Positions 1 to 11,640 are shown, numbered from the stretch's first letter. The stretch is 45,609 nucleotides of DNA from Octopus sinensis (GCF_006345805.1 NW_021834876.1:1-45609); one strand, 5' to 3'. Notes: generated by a model from the sequence alone, not told the origin. Made by a program: numbers and translations.

Positions 1-315
1 TGTTTTCTACTATAGCTTCGAGCCGACCAAAAGCCTTGTGAGTGAATTGGTAGACGGAAACTGAAAGAAGAAAAACCGTCGTATATATGTGTATGTGTGT
101 GTGTGTGTGTGTATGTGTTTGTCCCCCCCCCCAACATCGCTTGATAACCGATGGTGGCGTGTTTACGTCCCCGTAACTTAGCGTTTCTGCAAAAGAGACC
201 TATAGAATAAGTACTTGGCTTACGAAGAATAAGTCCTGGGGTCGATGTGCTCAACTAAAGGCGGTGCTTCAACATGGCCACAGTCACATGACTGAAACAA
301 GTAAAAGAGTAAAGT
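1..315 (+). mobile_element. tRNA-derived SINE, family B (3' part, cut by window start)
   Basis: Matches the body and tail (gccgaccaaa-gccttgtgagtg...gactgaaacaagtaaaagag) of the copies at 4444, 20122, 37104 and 39460. Confidence 0.85.
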
Positions 316-390
316 GTAAATATCGTATTGTTACCATAGTAGTCGTTATGTTGCTGTTATTGTTGCCGTTGTTAGTATTATTACTATTCT

Positions 391-535
391 TAGGAGAGGC
401 GGAATTTTGTCCATCTTTACGTTCTGAGTTCAAATTCTGCTGAGGTTTCCTTTATCTTATATTTCTCTGGGTCGATAAAATAGTACTAGTTACGCACTGG
501 GACCAAGGTAATCGACTTGTTCCCTTCTCTTTTTA
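391..535 (+). mobile_element. SINE family A, degenerate headless copy
   Basis: B-box gagttcaaattc followed by gggtcgataaaatagtac...gtaatcgac, as in the copy at 21122. Confidence 0.7.
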
Positions 536-1119
536 ACATTTTAATTAATTTGTCATTTTTGTTTTGTTGTAGTTGTTTTTTGTAATGGCTGGCAATTGTA
601 GAAACTTTAGATTTTCTAATATCCAAATAGAGAGGCCTTGTTGAACAGTAAGTGCTGAGGAGAAAGAGCACGTACTGTTAAAGATATTCATTGATAAGGT
701 CCCAGGCTTTGACAAAAGGACTCTGACATTCTAATAGATTAACCAATTGATCAACTCATTAATTAACAAATTGATTAAAAAAAGTTGAAGGAAAACATAA
801 CCAGTGTTTGTGTCTTTATTGGCAGTATGACCCTTCCAGAATACAGTAATATGAACTTCAACACGCGATTACATATTAAGAATTTTGAAAATAAATATAA
901 AAACGGAGCTTTCTTTCACTTTCAGACTATGGCAAGTATTCTTCCATTTCTGTCACGATATCAGATTACCTATGAAAATAGACATGCATACGTTCCAGAA
1001 AACATTACAATGTGGTCTGTAACTATTGTGGAATTCGCACACACAGCAGCACCAATTTTGAGAGCGTGTTTACAAGGACAGTGTAACTGCCGGAGTAGTG
1101 ATTCTGCTACAGCTGACCT

Positions 1120-1745
1120 GCTAGTGCAGTGTGTCTGGCGGCACAGCGAGTCTGGCAGAGCAATGACTTTTCCAGATCAGTGTGATTACCAGAGGAGTAT
1201 ATCTACTAGAGGAGTGACTTTGTCATAACAGATCTGCAAGTGCAGTGAGTATATGTGTCACTGCAATGAGTCTGCCAGTGCTGTGAGTCTGCCAGTGCAG
1301 CGACTCTTCTAGAATAGTGAGTCTACCAGTGCAATGAGTCTACTAGTGCAGTGACTCTTTTGAAACAATAAGTCTGTCAGTGCAGTGAATCTGCCAGTGC
1401 AGTGAATCTACCAGGGCAGTAAGTCTGCCAGTGCAGTGAGTCTGTTAGTGCAATGAATCTGCTAGTGCAGTGAGTCTGCCAGTGCAGTGAGTCTGCTAGT
1501 GCAGTGACTCTTCTGGAACAATGAGTCTGTAAGTGCAGTGAGTCTGCCGGTGCAGTGGCTCTTCTGGAACAGTGAATCTACCAGTGCCGTGAGTCTGTTG
1601 GTGCAATGAATCTGCTAGTGCAGTGAGTCCGCCAATGCAGTGAGTCTTCTCGAACAGTGAGTGTACCAGTGCAGTGAGTCTGCTGATGCAGTGAGTCCGC
1701 CAATGCAGTGAGTCTACGAGTGCAGTGTGTCAGGCGGAGCAATGA
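1120..1745. repeat. 17-bp minisatellite, consensus GTGCAGTGAGTCTGCCA, with a variant unit ACTCTTCTGGAACAGTG
   Basis: Tandem units directly visible. Confidence 0.9.
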
Positions 1746-2128
1746 GGTATGTCTTCTCATGGGTGAGTGAGACGATTGAAAAGAGGGCGAAGAACTTATT
1801 GTATCTAATAAAATTAAGAAGGCTTCAAACAATTTACGCTTACATTATGGTGTAAAAATGAAATTACAGTGACGCGAATATCATCTTGTCTGCTCTCTGA
1901 TGGAGAGGAAATTGTGACAAAAATTTCACTAATTTCTTTCCTGCTTTTTTTCTTTTCGTTTCTTTATATTTTTTTATTGTTTATTGTTATCTCCTTATTT
2001 ATTCCTTTGATGCGAACCTAGAATCTGTCTGTTTGAAAAACCAGTGCGCCAATGTATTTATTAAGTTGGTTCATCATTATCTAGAACTGTGGTTTTCAAA
2101 TAGGGTCCACATGACTCTGGGGTGGGAG

Positions 2129-2302
2129 CAAGGGCGTAGCTAAGGTGGAGCAAGTAGGGCACATACTCTGGGTGCCACTTTGAGGGGTGAACGCAATTTT
2201 GGCCATAATCATTTTCTAATTAAGCCATTAAAAAATTTTTGGTTTTGAATGGCTCAATTCTGATGCTTGCCCTCGGCGCCATTTACCCTAGCTACGCCAT
2301 TT
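2129..2302. mobile_element. short MITE with GGCGTAGCTA(A/G)GG terminal inverted repeats (hAT-like, tentative)
   Basis: gggcgtagctaagg at about 2132 and ccctagctacgcca at about 2286 are inverted; no clear TSD. Confidence 0.5.
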
Positions 2303-2714
2303 ACCCTAGACAAGCAAAAGGAAAAACATATTCGTAGAAACAAAATAAAGATATGATGGTACGTATCAGCATTTAATCTTAACTCACAGTACAGATATTG
2401 TACACACACACCGACACAAACACATACGCACACAGACATATACACATATATACGTGTATACACGCATACATACATATATACATACATGGACGCACATTAG
2501 CATGTATTTATCATATATCTAAAAATACATACATACACACATACATAAAAACCTCCTTGCGACATTGTAAACTTTTCTTTAATCAATATATCCTTGGCCT
2601 GAAGAGTAGCCAGCGGTATACAGCTCGCTTGGTTATTTACCACTTCTGAGGTTCCGTTCGCTAGGAAACATATATAATAACCCTGATCTTATCTACTCCA
2701 TTCCTTAACTTTGT

Positions 2715-2818
2715 ATGTATGTTATATGTATATATATATATATATATGTGTGTGTTGTGTTGTGTAGGTATATATATATATATATATATGCATATATATT
2801 GTATGTATATATATTATA

Positions 2819-2861
<43 letters not shown>

Positions 2862-3165
2862 CGAGTATATATGTATGTTTGTTGTGTGTATATAATATAT
2901 ATAAACATATATAAAATATGGAATATAATATTTGTACATGTTGGTAATATATGTGCATGATGCAACAAACACGCATGCCACCTACATATAGTGTGTGTGT
3001 GTGTATAATACTATATGTATGTCATATGTATGCATTAATAAGTGTACGTACATATGTATAGATGAATTTGCATATTATATATATATATATAGATATATAT
3101 ATATATACATATATATTAATATATATATATTATATATATATATATATTATATATATATCTATATA
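2715..3165. repeat. (TA)n/(TG)n compound microsatellite
   Basis: Direct. Confidence 0.9.
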
Positions 3166-3449
3166 TATCCGTCTATCATCTATTTATTTATCAAACTGTC
3201 TGTCTATCTATCTGTCTATGTATGTATGCGTGTATGTTGGTTGTGTTTGTCAACTGTAAGGTCCAAATTTGATGGTCCCATCACAATACTCCCACCAGGT
3301 TTTCCCTGTGAAATGGAGCAAAGGCCATGACATTCAAAGCAAGCAAATTACTCTCTCCCTCTCGCAAACGCTCTTTTTATTTTTCGGTAGCAGTTCTGAA
3401 TGTCTTTCCCACTTTCAATATATCTCCATTATATTTTCATGTCAAAAAA

Positions 3450-3496
3450 TAATAATACCAATAATAATGATAATAATAATAATAATAATAATAATG

Positions 3497-3552
<56 letters not shown>

Positions 3553-3598
3553 AATAATAATAATATAATATAATAATAATAATAATAATAATAATAAA
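3450..3598. repeat. (AAT)n microsatellite
   Basis: Direct. Confidence 0.95.
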
Positions 3599-3998
3599 GG
3601 TTTCAAATTTTTGCCACAAGGGCAGCAATTTTGGGGAAGGATATGATTCGATTTTCATCGACCCCAGTGTGTAACTGGTACTTAATTTATCGACCCCGAA
3701 AGGATGAAAAGTAAAATCGGCAGCAGCGGAATTAGTACTCAGAACGGTGCGACAGGCGAAATACCTATTTCTTTACTGCCCACGAGGGGCTAAACACAGA
3801 AGGGACAAACAAGGACAGACAAACGGATTAAGTAGATTATATCAACCCCAGTGCGTAACTGGTACTTAATTTATCGACCCCGAAAGAATGAAAGGCAAAG
3901 TCGACCTCGGCGGAATTTGAACTCAGAACGTAACGGCAGACGAAATACAGCTAAGCAATTCACCCGGCGTGCTAACGATTCTGCCAGCACGCCGCCTT
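3596..3998 (-). mobile_element. SINE family A, full monomer plus headless second monomer
   Basis: Reverse complement of ggcggcgtgctggcagaatcgttagc (A box) and gagttcaaattccgcc (B box); the second unit restarts at ggtatttc. Confidence 0.85.
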
Positions 3999-4039
3999 AA
4001 ATAAGCCTTTCTACTAAAGGCACAAGGCCTGAAATATGT

Positions 4040-4165
4040 GTGATCTATCTATCATCTATCTATCTATCTATCATATATCTATCTATCTATTATCTATCTA
4101 ACTATCTATCTATCCATCTATTTCTATCTATCTATCTATCTATTATCATCTATAGATCTATCTAA

Positions 4166-4198
<33 letters not shown>

Positions 4199-4216
4199 AT
4201 CTAACTATCTATCTAA

Positions 4217-4249
<33 letters not shown>

Positions 4250-4276
4250 CATCTATCTATCTATCTATCTATCTAA

Positions 4277-4311
<35 letters not shown>

Positions 4312-4312
4312 A

Positions 4313-4374
<62 letters not shown>

Positions 4375-4375
4375 G
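4040..4375. repeat. (TATC)n microsatellite
   Basis: Direct. Confidence 0.95.
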
Positions 4376-4443
4376 TAAGTGATTTTGTGCGTATGTGTTT
4401 GTATGTATGTGTGTATGCATGCATATATATACTCTTTACATTC

Positions 4444-4693
4444 TCTCTTTTACTTGTTTCTGTCATTTGACTGTGGCCATGCTGGAGCACCGCCTGTAGT
4501 CGAGAAAATCGACCCCAGGACTCATTCTTTATAAGCCTAGTACTTATTCTATCGGTTTCTTTTGCCAACCGCTAAGTTACGGGGACGTAAACACGCCAGC
4601 ATCGGTTGTCAAACGATGTCTGTATAAACATCTGTATAAACATATATACACACGCACACACATACACCACACACACACCACACACACACACAC

Positions 4694-4733
<40 letters not shown>

Positions 4734-4866
4734 ATATATACATATATACATATATACGACGGGCTTCTTTCATTTTCCGTCTACCAAATCTACTCACAAG
4801 GCTTTGGTCGGCCCGAGGCTACCCAAGGAGCCACGCAGTGGGACTGAACCCGGAACCATGTCGTTG
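4444..4866 (-). mobile_element. SINE family B
   Basis: Tail, central (CA)/(TA) tract and B-box ccgggttcagtccc on the minus strand. Confidence 0.85.
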
Positions 4867-6196
4867 CGCACCCACACACGCATTCGCATGCTCACATGTA
4901 TACGTAGACATGCTGTATTTAAAGACGCGAAGATTTAACTAAGTATTTATAAAAAGTTTGGCGCTACATACAAGGTATTCACAATGACATCTATCATACA
5001 TTTCGGGTATTTCACACCTATCAAAATACTTAACACAACACTACAATGCTACAAGAACCAAGAATGGCCTCCACCATTCATGCCACCACTAGTTTTTACC
5101 ATGCAGCCATCTTAGTACTTACAAAATGCCTCCTAGCAGCTCACAATTCTAGCATAGCTTCTATATTTTTTTTTATCCAGCTCCTTGTCGCCAAGTAATA
5201 TTTCTTCAACAACGTACAATATGTAATTTGTACAACGTGCGATTTATGATTAATAGTTAATAAATTCTAAGTGACATATTAATAAGTTTTTCCTGTAACA
5301 GCAATTTTCTACTATTTATATCTATATTTGTGGTATTTATTAGTACGTGATTCAAGTTCCATAACTGAATTCATCATCCTGTCGTTATAATTGAATAAAG
5401 ACACCACCGCCCTCGACATTAATAATAATTGATTCACTTAATATATATTTCCTAATTTCTAACCTCTGCTGAATGTGGTCGACTCAGTAACGTCAAAATA
5501 GCTAGAACGAAAATTAGTGACCCAAACCTCAGCGCATAAATACTAGAACAAATATAACTACACACATACACACACCTACGCAGACATACACACACCTACG
5601 CAGACATACACACACCTACGCAGACATACACACATAACTGTATACACACACACATATACACACACACATATGTATATATATTTATAAATATACATAAATA
5701 CGCATGTATACATGCATACACATATACATAGATATTTATATGTATACATATATACGTATCACACACATACACATATGTACCTATATAAAACAGATTAAGT
5801 ACTTTCTTTATATTTATGTGTGTGTGTATGTGTGCGTATGCTTGTCTGTGTGTCCTGTTTTCCTAATGCACTGGTTGAACTTCCTCGATTGAAAATATGT
5901 CTTCAGGGGTAAATTAGCATTAGTTCTTTTTTTAAAAAAATACATGAGTGGTCATTTATATGACGATGATTGTATGCGCCCTTGATCAACGTTATATATA
6001 TACTTTAAAAAATTATGTCTGCCTTCATACAAATATACCAACTGTATAACACGGTGAGTCTATTATATACTTGAACTATAGTATATAATACTCATGCTCA
6101 CATACAGGCATCAATATATGCATACACGCGCGAGCACACACACACATTTCATCATGCTGGGCCATTAATCTCTATACATTTCCCCCTCTTAATCCT

Positions 6197-6435
6197 GTCT
6201 TATTTCTTTATTGCCCACAAGGGGCTAAACACAGAGGGGACGAACAAGGACAGACAAAGGGATTAGGTCGATTATATCGACCCCAGTGCGTAAGTGGTAC
6301 TTAATTTATCGACCCCGAAAGTATGAAAGGCAAAGTCGACCTCGGCAGAATTTGAACTCAGAACGTAACAGCAGACGAAATACCGCTAAGCATTTCGCCC
6401 AACGTGCAAACAATTCTGCCAGCTCACCACCTTTT
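6197..6435 (-). mobile_element. SINE family A with 12-bp target-site duplication
   Basis: A and B boxes on minus; cctcttaatcct at 6185-6196 and 6436-6447. Confidence 0.85.
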
Positions 6436-6446
6436 CCTCTTAATCC

Positions 6447-6480
6447 TTTCTGATGAAGAGCATAGGCTCGAAACGTCAAA
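6447..6480 (+). ncRNA. minimal type-I hammerhead ribozyme, intact core
   Basis: TTT-CTGATGA-A-GAGC(ATAG)GCTC-GAAAC-GTC^AAA; the ACGT palindrome stands in for stem III. Confidence 0.75.
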
Positions 6481-6635
6481 TACTTTTCCATTCTTCCTGA
6501 GCGTTAAACTAATACACCTTGTTGTCCCTTCATCTGCCTTTCTTCGTCTTTTGTCTTCTGAAAATTTGAACAATATATATATAAATATATACGTGCGCAC
6601 GCATGCACACACGGCCCCCCCCCATATATATATAT

Positions 6636-6666
<31 letters not shown>

Positions 6667-6711
6667 TTCTATATATCTAAGTTTCTCATTCTCTCTGTTC
6701 ATTCTTCGTGT

Positions 6712-6752
6712 TCCTTCCTGTTGAAGGGCGTAGGCTCAAAATGCAAAAGACT
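6712..6752 (+). ncRNA. decayed copy of the 6447 hammerhead family
   Basis: CTGTTGA-AGGGCGTAGGCTC-AAAATGC-AAAAGAC; downstream flank similar to 6481-6520. Confidence 0.55.
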
Positions 6753-6856
6753 TCCTTAACTTCCCAAGAGTTAAACCAATACACCTGTTTGTTGTTTATA
6801 CATGTCTTTATTTTATTTTTTATTTTTTGTAAATTTCAATTATATATATATATATA

Positions 6857-7519
6857 CCGAATCGTTACTGGCGACGAAAAATGGTGCCTGTACATCAATA
6901 TGAAGCAGCATAAGGAATGGCTTAGCCCAGGTAAACAACCGACACCGCGCGTGAAACAAGATCTTCATCCGCGTAAAACGATGTTGTGGGTATGGTGGGA
7001 CTGGGAAGGGATTATCTATTACAAATTACTTGAACGGAACCAAACGGTCAACGCGGAACTCTATGTTCAACAGATGGAACGACTCAGCACGGCTATTCAA
7101 GAGAAAAGACCTAATCGGCAGCATGGAATTCTTCTGCTGCACGACAATGCTTGCCCTCATATCGCTAATATGACCAAGGAAGCCAATGCAAACGTATGGC
7201 TGGGAAGTGCTGCCACACCTGCCGTACTCTCCTGATTTGGCACCAACGGATTTCCACCTCTTTCGATCTCTTTCAAATGCTATGCGCGGACTTTCGTTCA
7301 ATACTGATGCAGAATTGAGAGCTTGGTTGGATCAATTTTTCGAGTCGAAATCGAGTGATTTCTACCAACGAGGTATTGAAAATCTTGTTGAACGTTGGGA
7401 AGAAGATGTAAACAACAAGGGTGAAAACATTATTGATTAATTTGTTGTTATTTTTTCATTAAACCTTTTAATAAATTTAAATTTTTAAAAACGGCGGGAG
7501 CTCAGTTGCCAACGTAATA
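6857..7519 (+). pseudogene. 5'-truncated mariner (DD34D) transposase remnant with 3' TIR
   Basis: IVTGDEKW, HDNACPH and YSPDLAPTDFHLF motifs in two frames; ends aaaaacggcgggagctcagttgccaacgtaata. Confidence 0.9.
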
Positions 7520-7950
7520 CATATATACAAGCACATATGCACTCATGCGCACACTCACACTGAGAAATACACACTAAAACAGAAAAAATACAATACAAAT
7601 ACAAACACACACTCTTACACTCACTTAGTCAAACATACACACACACACAAACATGTACAAACCTACATACACTCGCACAGACACACAGACACAAACACTC
7701 ACACACAGACACACACACACACACATCCACTCACGTCCACAAATGCTCGAAATTTTACTCAGATACATACATCAACGCAGACATACACAGATAAATACGC
7801 ATGCTCACGCATAAACAACCGCGCGAATACAATCACGCAGACATTTACGTAAACACACACATACACACACACACACACACACGAAGAAAAATACAAAGGT
7901 ATAATTTATATATATTATATAATATATATATATATATATATAGGAATATA

Positions 7951-8804
7951 GACAATTTGGCGGCGTTTTAATTTGAATATTCGCCATTAATATGCATGCA
8001 CATTCGTGTATTTCTAAATATTTATGCATAAACACAGTCGTACGCATAGCTATCTGTCATCTCGTTGGTTATCTGTCTGTCCCTCTCTTTGTCTCTCTGC
8101 CTGTTTGTCCCTTTCTCTCCCTCCCTCTCTCTCTCTCTCTCTCTCTCTGCTTAGACACAGATGTGTACGCCTGGGTGTGTATGTACCTGAGTGTACGTAT
8201 ATATAAGCATTAACAAGGAAAAGCTTCATAGTGATTTCGAAGTTTCGGGGTGCTGGCCTTCATCAAACTGACGACGAGAGTAATTCGCAACGTTTTCTCC
8301 ATGTTTATTGCTGCCTTTGTGACTATCTTTTATCTTTTAATTGTTTCAGTGATCGGATTGTGGCCATACTGGGACACCGCCGCGAAGATCGAACTCAGTA
8401 CTTAGTTTTGAAGCCTGGTTCAGTTTTTCTTTACTGCACTGCTAAATTACGGACATGTTAGCAAACCAATACCTATTTCTTTACTACTACAAAAGGGGCT
8501 AAACACAGAGGGGACAAACAAGGACAGACAAACGGATTAGTCGATTAAATCGATCTCAGTGCGTAAATGGTACTTATTTAATCGACCTCGAAAGGATGAA
8601 AGGCAAAGTCGACCTCGGCGGAAAGCTGGAACAAATATTGCTAGCCTCTACCTGAAACAGATTTTTACAGCTCCAGTGATGGATTGGATCTGTAGTCTTC
8701 GAATTACCTTTCTCCTTTCTGGTTTTGAGAAGCCTAATTTCTCAACATTTATATATATATATATATATATATAATATGTAGAAGCTCCTTCTATAAAATA
8801 AATA

Positions 8805-8843
<39 letters not shown>

Positions 8844-9025
8844 AGGACAATTTGGCGGCGTTTTAATTTGAATATTCGCCATTAATATGCATGCACATTC
8901 GTGTATTTTCTAAATTTTTGCATAAACACAGTCGTACGCATAGCTATCTGTCATCCCTCGTTGGTTATCTGTCTGTCCCCTCCTCTTTCTTTGTCTCTCT
9001 GCCTGTTTGTCCCTTTCTCTCCTCC

Positions 9026-9057
<32 letters not shown>

Positions 9058-9730
9058 CTTAGACACCGAGATGTGTACGCCTGCGTGTGTATGTAACCTG
9101 AGTGTCGTATATATAAGCATTAACAAGGAAAAGCTTCATAGTGATTTCGAAGTTTCGGGGTGCTGGCCTTCATCAAACTGACGACGAGAGTAATTCGCAA
9201 CGTTTTCTTCCTTTTCTCCATGTTTATTGCTGCCTTTGTGACTATCTTTTATCTTTTAATTGTTTCAGTGATCGGATTGTGGCCATACTGGGGGACCCGC
9301 CGCGAAGATCGAACTCAGTACTTAGTTTTGAAGCCTGGTTCAGTTTTTCTTTACTGCACTGCTAAATTACGGACATGTTAGCAAACCAATACCTATTTCT
9401 TTACTACACAAAAGGGGCTAAACACAGAGGGGACAAACAAGGACAGACAAACGGATTAAGTCGATTACATCGATCTCAGTGCGTAACTGGTACTTATTTA
9501 ATCGACCTCGAAAGGATGAAAGGCAAAGTCGACCTCGGCGGAAAGCTGGAACAAATATTGCTTAGCCTCTACCTGAAACAGATTTTTACAGCTCCAGTGA
9601 TGGATTGGATCTGTAGTCTTCGAATTACCTTTCTCCTTTCTGGTTTTGAGAAGCCTAATTTCTCAACATTTATATATATATATATATATATATAATATGT
9701 AGAAGCTCCTTCTATAAAATAAATATATAT
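7951..9730. repeat. tandem duplication, period about 895 bp (7951-8810 and 8846-9730)
   Basis: Near-identical copies differing mostly by small indels; each contains SINE B and SINE A fragments. Confidence 0.9.
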
Positions 9731-9757
9731 ATATATATATATTTATTTTATAGAAGG

Positions 9758-9808
9758 AGCTTCTACAGGACTAGAACTGTTTCATTCAAATGAAATCATC
9801 AGGAAGCT
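9758..9808 (-). ncRNA. type-I hammerhead ribozyme (mirror copy in the palindrome)
   Basis: Exact reverse complement of 9805-9855. Confidence 0.75.
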
Positions 9809-9855
9809 TCCTGATGATTTCATTTGAATGAAACAGTTCTAGTCCTGTAGAAGCT
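9805..9855 (+). ncRNA. type-I hammerhead ribozyme
   Basis: AGCTTC-CTGATGA-T-TTC(ATTT)GAA-T-GAAAC-AG(TTCTAGTC)CT-GTA^GAAGCT; stems I and III pair, stem II is 3 bp on a U-U mismatch. Confidence 0.75.
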
Positions 9856-9941
9856 CCTTCTATAAAATAAATTAATTTACTCTGCTATGTATTGGGTACC
9901 TTATTTACTGTGGTTAACCCCGACTCAACCCGGGACCTATA

Positions 9942-10622
9942 TTGACTGCTATTTCTAAATTCGGTGTGTTGGTGAGGCAATTCGTTGCTAAACCCTTAAT
10001 TACTTAGTATTACTTAAATTTTCCTCGAATGGGGCTTTTACATGCCGAAAAATTTTCCTCGAATGGGGCTTTTACATGCCGAAATCTACTTGGTGTAAGT
10101 GATAATTATTCCAAATTAATTAATTCACCCTTTATGTTACTGAAACCATATTTTATCCCAGTAAATGACCACAGCATTTGTCTTGGCTGCACGCGGGTGG
10201 AAGGGGGGGTGACACAAACTTTCATTCACACTTTGAATTTCGTGGTACTGGTCATGCTTTGGCTCGCTCTGACACTGAGTAGAGATAATGCCTTCTAGTA
10301 TCTCAAAATTTAATATACAATTATTCATAATTGTAGTATCCTGCGCCGATGAGAAAAGAAGTTTGGGTAAGGTAGAATTTTCTAATTCTTATGCTTTCCT
10401 AAAACTTGATTTCGAAACGTACGTCCGTAGGTAACTTAAAATTGTATGAAGATTGCGTCATTTCATTCTTTCTTTCTTACCTGTCTGTGTTTGCTTTCAA
10501 GTGCTGTGTTTTTACTGAGATCCCCCTTTTAGTAGAAGGAATAGCTATATCTCTTTGACTGCTATTTCTAAATTCGGTGGTGTTGGTGAGGCAATTCGTT
10601 GCTAAACCCTTAAACTTAGTAT
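9942..10622 (+). mobile_element. terminally redundant hammerhead-bearing element (Penelope-like or retrozyme-like, no ORF)
   Basis: About 68-bp direct repeats at 9942-10010 and 10555-10622 (period 613), internal 34-bp tandem duplication at 10016-10083, hammerhead at 10340. Confidence 0.55.
10340..10431 (+). ncRNA. type-I hammerhead ribozyme with long stem II and U4C core variant
   Basis: CCTGCG-CCGATGA-[61-nt hairpin GAAA...TTTC]-GAAAC-GTAC-GTC^CGTAGG; stem I CCUGCG/CGUAGG, palindromic ACGTACGT. Confidence 0.72.
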
Positions 10623-10642
10623 ATATATATTATATATATATA

Positions 10643-10681
<39 letters not shown>

Positions 10682-10713
10682 TATATATATATGTATATAG
10701 ATATATATTAATA

Positions 10714-10776
<63 letters not shown>

Positions 10777-10787
10777 TACATACATAT

Positions 10788-11267
10788 AAATCAAAATAAG
10801 CAACAATGATACCCAGAGGTAATGCAGTACGATCGTTTCATGCAACTCTATTTAATTGAACAATGCAATCATTACATCAATTTCTCAGCCCTACCCCTAA
10901 CAGATATTGACTTCTATTCCCCCAGCCTTAGATTTACAAGGGATTTGATAAACTAGTCTATAAATTAATACTGACCCCATAAAAACAACAAAAAAAACAG
11001 TGACAAGCAGAGTCTGTAACTATTTATATCACGAAAATTCAGTAACTTCTAAACTGGAGTGTCACAGCATGTTCTTTCTCTATCTCTAGGTATAATTATA
11101 CTAATGTGTTCATTTGTTCTAATTTAATTAAATTCTATGTCTTTGTGCAACTCAAGATTGCTCTGCATTTTAAATTGATGTAATGATTGCATTGTTCAAT
11201 TAAATGGAATTGCATGAAACGATCGTTCGTCATTACCTCTGGATATCCTTGTTGCTTATTTTGATTT
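10788..11267. repeat. imperfect inverted repeat, about 96-bp arms (10788-10883 and 11172-11267)
   Basis: Arms are reverse complements; each carries GAAACGATCGT(A/T) reading outward. Confidence 0.85.
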
Positions 11268-11346
11268 TAATCACCTTACGTTGAAATTCTAAGGATAATA
11301 CCGTACTAAATTCTGGTGCCTCAACTTAACTACGATATTCATTTGA

Positions 11347-11435
<89 letters not shown>

Positions 11436-11448
11436 GCTAGCTAGCTAG

Positions 11449-11519
<71 letters not shown>

Positions 11520-11640
11520 CATATATATATACAATTTATCAATAATTAATAATATCAAAGGATAATCTGAAATATTAGAAATTTCCATTACCAGTGGCCT
11601 AGCGTGTAAAAGATTTAGTCAATAGACTATATATTATTCA

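Larger units (their letters stand above)
9741..9872. repeat. perfect 132-bp palindrome centred on AAG|CTT
   Basis: Arms 9741-9806 and 9807-9872 are exact reverse complements by inspection. Confidence 0.92.

Noticed and set aside
785-1228. 147-aa ORF
   Set aside because: No recognisable motif, non-ATG start, and its 3' third is the decayed edge of the 17-bp minisatellite.
1120-1745. CRISPR-like array
   Set aside because: Contiguous tandem units without unique spacers, in a eukaryotic context with no cas genes.
8240-8295. Adjacent TTGATGA (minus) and CTGACGA (plus) cores, also in the duplicate near 9170
   Set aside because: Each has core mismatches (C3U; GCAAC) and at most a 2-bp stem I, so too weak to call.
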